NCBI RefSeq assembly: GCF_000143415.4
Contig: NW_003314353.1
Span: 1 to 64,000, forward strand
Direction: 5' to 3'
Length of the DNA: 64,000 nucleotides
Origin: Selaginella moellendorffii
Taxonomy: Eukaryota > Plantae > Lycopodiophyta
The notes under the pieces are model-generated. The model had not been told where the DNA came from and made no database searches. It saw only the letters and a list, made by a program, of their open reading frames with translations. Positions 58,841 to 64,000 of this stretch are shown here, in pieces; the first letter of the stretch is position 1; every line of letters begins with the position of its first letter. The translations under genes and the position numbers were made by a program.

Positions 58841-60244
58841 GGTAAGAATGAATCTGGTTAGATCATTATAAATAACACCAACCAAAAGAAATTTTGCTTC
58901 CTTTAAGTCAAATGTGGTTCACATTCAGTTGCAATTCTTTTATGATTGATTTTGATAGTTAAGTGAAAGATGGTTGTTTTATATTAGAAAAAACTATATT
59001 AATAAAATTATTTTCCAGAGTCTTTTCAGATTTTTTAGGTTTACAGTTTTTATAAAACAATTTGAACAAAAAATTATATCAAATTTTAATTTTTAAAATG
59101 ATAAATTAAAATAAGTGTTCAAAATTTTTTTTAGGAAAAACATTATGATACATATGCATAATTGAACTGAAAAAATGATTTTACTCTTTAATTTTTTAAG
59201 TAATTTTTTATCCAATTGGATAATTTTACATTTTAATCCTTTACAATATCAAATAAAATAATAATTCATTTATTTAATTATTATTTAGTTGTAGTTTAGA
59301 GTTTGTATAACATGAATATATAACTTTGGAAGCATTTAAAGTCCAAGTGCTAATTTAGAAATAAAAAAATTATTTTAAAATTGTTCTTTTTTTAATATAT
59401 TGCAACAATTTTACTTTATAATCTCCAAATGTAAATAAACTTTAATTTTTATTTAATGTTTTTATAGTATTTTTATAATATAAATATATAATTTTGTAAA
59501 CCCAAACACTAATTTAGAAGGAAAAACATGGTTTTAAACTTACAATTGTAAAATGTTTTAACTATATTTTTTTTCATAAATTTTTTGCATTTGAAGTTTC
59601 TAATTAAACTAACATTTTTTGTAAATTGAATTTATAGGTAAGAAATGTCAATTTAACCATTTTATTTATTTTAGTTGATCAAAATAAATAATAAACCTTA
59701 AGACATTATAATACAATTTGGCCAAGCATGAAAAGTATCCATGGATAATGCAGGCAGTGATTGTTCCTAATCCTCTCTTTTTTCTTTCACATGTGATCCA
59801 TTCCAGTTCGCATTTCTATTTTTGTAATGATCCTAAATAAGGGAGAGGTATGTGCGATCAGTGCATGCACATCCATGACCGGATCAAATAGATCGTCTCA
59901 TCAACATGTATGGTTGGTCCCAGGCCTCCTCCTGCAGCTCTTGGTTTGACATCCTTTGCAGGAAAAGATATGGACGCGATTGCCATTGATTTTGATGGAC
60001 ACAAGAAGGGAATCAGTCGAATCGTGCAGACCATGAGCCGTGACCATGTTTTGGCGATATTCCAGGAAATACAGATTGAGCAATGACTACTGCAGGCAAT
60101 CCCAGCATGCCATCTGAGAAATGCAGCTCCAGGGATCGCTTTAGAGACTTCTTGATTCAATGTAGCTTGCGGACGTCCATATATCAACCTTCCATATCAT
60201 TGAGATCAACGTGAAGCCCGTGTAACGAGCTATGGAGAAATCTT

Positions 60245-61030
60245 TCACAGGAGAGAGAGGATGTTGTCACAAGCAATCTTCTCCACTCTCTCATCCTTCC
60301 ACTTGGAGCAAGCACCCAGCAAACTCGTCCAAGTGACCATTGTGGCTTCAAACGGCATAGCTTCCACCATCTCCACAGCTTCCTCGAGCTGCTGTGCCTG
60401 CATGCCGATCATTCTGTGGTAGTGCTCAATGCCCGGATCTAATCCACACCTAGACGTCATCTCCTGGAAAAACTTTTTGCCTTGCTCGATCATCCCAGCC
60501 CGGCTGCAAGTCGCGATCACCAAGACATAAGTTACACCGTCCGGCTTGACACCCTCGTCACATCACTCGATCGCTGTCTCCCTGGCGGCTGTAGCCCGCG
60601 ATAAGTGAGCTCCAACTCACAGCATCCTTCCTCGAGACCGAGTTGAAAACCAGCTCCGCTTCGTCCATGTTCCCACAGCTGCTGTAGAAATCGACCAATG
60701 AAGAGATCACGGCTCCCTGGAACTGGAACCCCAAGCTCGTGATCTCTTCGTGAAGTATCCGGCCAAGCCTTAAGGCTACCGAGCTTCCACCAGCTTTGAG
60801 CTCGCAAACGAGCGTCCACACGTCTGGAGAACATCCCTCGAGCTGCATTAGCAAGAAAAAATGTAGCACTGTTTCAGCCTGGCTGTTTTCAACGTACCCG
60901 AGCATCAATGCCGTCCAGATCCCGCGATCGCGAGCAGTCCTTGAGCACCGCAAGAAATCTCCTCACCTCGCAATCGGTCAAGTTTGGAGCGGAAATATCG
61001 AGGTCGCGAAGAGGAAGAACTAAGGCTCAT
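60245..61030 (-). pseudogene. PPR pseudogene A, copy 4 (large internal deletion, no RT insertion)
   Basis: 'SLVDFYSSCGNMDEAELVFNSVSRKDAVSWSSLIAGY'; E domain intact at 60245-60523. Confidence 0.85.
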
Positions 61031-61159
61031 TTGATTCTTTATATTACTTATAAACGGTCATTAGAACATTCGCTGTCACTTACTCTTAAACAGTGTGTCT
61101 AATTACATTTTTTGTTGCCATATAAAAAGGCCTTTTAAGATTCAGACAATCAGGGTTCA

Positions 61160-61680
61160 ATGGCAGCGGCGAACAAGAAAGCTAACGCTGTGGTAGTGAT
61201 GGACGCGATCAAGAAGGGAAAGAGGAGGCAGTGAGACAAGGAGGGACAAGCTGTGCTCCAAAGAGAAGGCGCAAGCTCCAGGAAAAGCCTTTTTTAGTTC
61301 CCAAAAAAAATCTGAGTAACAAGGTAGCATACAAAATTGATGGGTGAATTATCACTTCCCATAACAATTTCCATGACTTCTGGCCGCAATCCACGTCCAA
61401 GTTACTGGGACTGAACTACTTCCACTATGCTGGAGCTCAAGAGCTTCACAGCCTCCTCACCCAAGAGCTCTGCAGGAGAGACCGTGATGATTGCACCCCA
61501 AGGAACGCCCAGCTCTTGGTGGTGATTGGCGGGACGAGATGCCACCTGATGAGGCGACTCGAGAACTCAACTTGCACAAACAAGACAAACAACATGATTC
61601 AAGAGATCCTCTCCCATGTCTCTGGGAACAAGAGCAACAGTTACTTCTCTCCAATCCGTGTGGAGAGCGTCCACCATTGA
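61160..61680 (+). pseudogene. Decayed 4th copy of the orphan 230-aa ORF
   Basis: 'atggcagcgg', 'caagagctctgcaggagagaccg' and the terminal 'gtccaccattga' are retained; deletions and stop codons are present. Confidence 0.88.
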
Positions 61681-61962
61681 TTGTAAGAATCACTCATGTG
61701 ATTAAAACCTTTCACTGTAATAGAGTACATCAAAATGGAGAACAATTAAAAGTAGTGTGCTATTTTTTTGTCTATCCCTCTTGATCGACATTGGTTTCGC
61801 AGACTTGGCTGGCAATTGACTCCCACCCACAAGTTTCAGTCTCTTGATTTTGTCCTGGGCCGTGCTTTTACTTAAACACACAGATTATTTATGTTATTCG
61901 ATATTTCAATCTTACCAGAATGCAACCGTTTAGTGGGCGTTAATGCTTCTTATTAATGTAAT

Positions 61963-62025
61963 GGGCATTTGGTCTAGTGGTATGATTCTCGCTTTGAGGT
62001 CGTGAGTTCGCGTCTCCCAATGCCA
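61963..62025 (+). pseudogene. tRNA-Pro pseudogene, copy 4 (retains T-arm and acceptor 3' strand; ~8 nt deleted from the anticodon arm)
   Basis: GGGCATTTGGTCTAGTGGTATGATTCTCGCTTTG---AGGTCGTGAGTTCGCGTCTCCCAATGCC. Confidence 0.85.
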
Positions 62026-62139
62026 TCTTCCTTTAAGTTGATCGTTGTTCCAAATCAGGTTCAGATTAAGAAAGTTCAGAAATGCGTAATTGATTATTGA
62101 ATTTTACAATCAGAAAGGAAACAAACAAGAGAAAAACTG

Positions 62140-62585
62140 TTACGCTTGCACTGCCCGTGACGATGAAACGGCACACTTCCGGGTGGAGCTTGGATCTGTG
62201 AACGAGGCCTTCTTTCCGTCCGGGTCGAGCATCATCGGCCCCGAAAACCTCTCGTTCTTCCTGGGAGCGTTGCTGGATCCTCCTCCTCCTGCTTCTGTAG
62301 AGATCGAGAAAGCCCTCGAGGTAGTAGCAGTAGCAGCCGTGGCGGAGCTGCGCGGATATGGTGGAAGAATGCCGTCGGCTACGTGGGATTCCGGGACGAC
62401 CTGGCCGTTTCTCACGTTGAAAGAGCCGTGCCTCCTTGACTGGTCATCAAGTTCTCGTAGTATGACTGGTAGATGGAGCGCATCATCGAGCGCGGAATGC
62501 AAGCCTCGAGAGTGCTCCTCGGAAGATAACTTGAAAGATCACAGAGCTGGTTCAGGAATATCAGCTTTGCTACGAGGCCGTCCCT
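62140..62585 (-). pseudogene. NAP1 (NCKAP1, SCAR/WAVE complex) terminal-exon fragment, frameshifted
   Basis: 'DGLVAKLIFLNQLCDLSSYLPRSTLEACIPRSMMRSIYQSYY' resembles the plant NAP1 C-terminus; tail 'RFSGP..' is in another frame; no upstream NAP1 exons were recognised. Confidence 0.7.
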
Positions 62586-62821
62586 GAAAGGAGTACAAAA
62601 CAAAACAGTGAGATTGCCAGAGGAACAAAGAAGAAAAACCTGGCTCCATCAGACGACAAATCCAATGCGGTCACCACAATGCCTTGCAGGAATGTTTTCA
62701 TCATCGCCTTGATTGACATCTCGATATAATATTTACTATATATATAGTGGTTTAATTCTGGGTTTGGAGTGCTGTTGCTCCACAGACTATGGAGAATAAA
62801 ACACCAAGGCAAAAGATAATG

Positions 62822-63010
62822 CAGATATGGTGATAGGACTCTTTTTTCTTTCTTTCAAATTTGCAGGAGTCGAAATGAACCGTGTAACAAACAACCAGAT
62901 TTGTAGAGTTTATGTTTTGTAAATGATGTACAGCTGAACATTAATTATGAGAAAAGCTATAAGAATGAAAAACAAGACTGGATCTTTATAGGGGTATTGT
63001 CAGCACCCGC
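62822..63010 (+). pseudogene. Third, more decayed copy of the RIN2-like 3' end
   Basis: 'cagatatggtgataggact', 'gatttgtagagttt' and 'gggtattgtcagcaccc' are shared with 15035-15236. Confidence 0.75.
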
Positions 63011-64000
63011 GGCAATGCAACACCCCTTGATAGACCTTGGTGTCAATCCTCTGCCATATCGCTGTTAACTCACAGGTAAAAAACGTAGCCATCCTTCCTC
63101 CAAAGTACCAACACCTTTAGAGGTGGCTTTGGGAGAAGCTCTGTTTTGTGCTTGATAGTAAAGCCGATCATCGTCTGATTTTTTAAAAAAACTTTTATAA
63201 ATAATAATAATAATAATAATAGTAAGAAAATGAAAGAAACGAGAGCTGCAACAATCGTTCTACGCACATTTTGTTGTCAGAGGAAGGACAAGCTTCCTCT
63301 CTATAAGTATAAAACTTTTTTTTCGTTCTTTCTTCGCACCTCTTTTTGACGAAGATCTTCCGCGTTGTTGGTGAGCGACAAAGCTCACGAAATCTGCTTC
63401 TAGTGTGTGCCCAGGCTGCAGGCCAGCCACCACGCACAAGTACCACTCCCCAAGAACACCAAACCATCACTGCGACTAGAAACAATTAAACAACGAGAGA
63501 CAAGACAAGGAAGAAACGAGGAGGGGAATTGAAACCTCTTACAATCTTACAAGATTTGTGCTGAGCTTCTTCGCTTTGTTGCCTGCGTCCCGGACCCGCC
63601 CCCGCTGGGGCAGTGAGACGCTTGTCGAGCACTGTGCACATTAAAAACTTTGGTTTCCCATCCACCTTCCTTCTCGCCTAGCTTGTCTTCCTCTTTTTTT
63701 AACAGCGCGGCCTGTGTAAGAGCGCGAGCAATATACTAGTTAATATATAATTCCCCTGGGAAGCCCAGACTTACATGTATCCAGCAGTGTGTCTCTCGAA
63801 CTTGCAACGCAGAATTCCGCGGTCCGGTGGAAGTGCTCTCAGCAGAAGCAACAGCGTCTTGATTCTCCTCCTCTGGAGAGATGGTGATGACGATCATCAG
63901 TGGCAGGGCCAGGCGAGGAGCGAGGATGCAGCAAAGTCTCCTCGCCTGGTTGGTTCAGGGGATCATGATGAACTTACTCCTCTCTGCAGCTTCTGCCAGG

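Larger units (their letters stand above)
30250..62025. repeat. Tandem array of 4 chimeric units (~5.3-5.5 kb period excluding the LTR nest; 4th unit deleted)
   Basis: Orphan ORF starts at 31878, 37396, 56936 and 61160, with co-linear PPR, tRNA-like and AT-rich blocks. Confidence 0.93.

Noticed and set aside
61963-62025. Functional tRNA-Pro gene
   Set aside because: The anticodon arm is partly deleted and the acceptor and T stems are mismatched; the other three copies lack the 3' end.

Overview
Compact land-plant nuclear DNA with many ~50-70 bp GT-AG introns, very short intergenic spacers and many PLS-class PPR sequences. This is most consistent with the lycophyte Selaginella (inference). 0.8-27.5 kb is gene-dense: plastid ObgC GTPase, a frameshifted PPR-E-DYW gene with two unusual N-terminal 'LTFG(R/K)YKG' mini-domains, a rhodanese, a GDSL protein lacking its catalytic Ser, an orphan intronless multi-TM protein beside a Helitron helicase remnant, proteasome beta-6, RIN2-like E3, RPC8, NAGS and two subtilase pseudogenes. 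28.5-29.4 kb is a decayed inverted GDSL copy. 30.2-62.0 kb is a 4-copy tandem array of a chimeric ~5.3-5.5 kb unit: PPR pseudogene head-to-head with an intact orphan 230-aa ORF, then a tRNA-Pro pseudogene, a second PPR pseudogene and an AT-rich block, with a Ty3/gypsy RT fragment at two junctions. The array is interrupted by a 14.2 kb nest of two non-coding (LARD-like) LTR elements in opposite orientation. These carry satellite-like arrays in their LTRs and a conserved multi-hairpin internal RNA element with two tRNA T-loop/B-box motifs and a palindromic loop. A NAP1 terminal-exon fragment lies near the right end. Gene boundaries were read by eye and no database searches were run.
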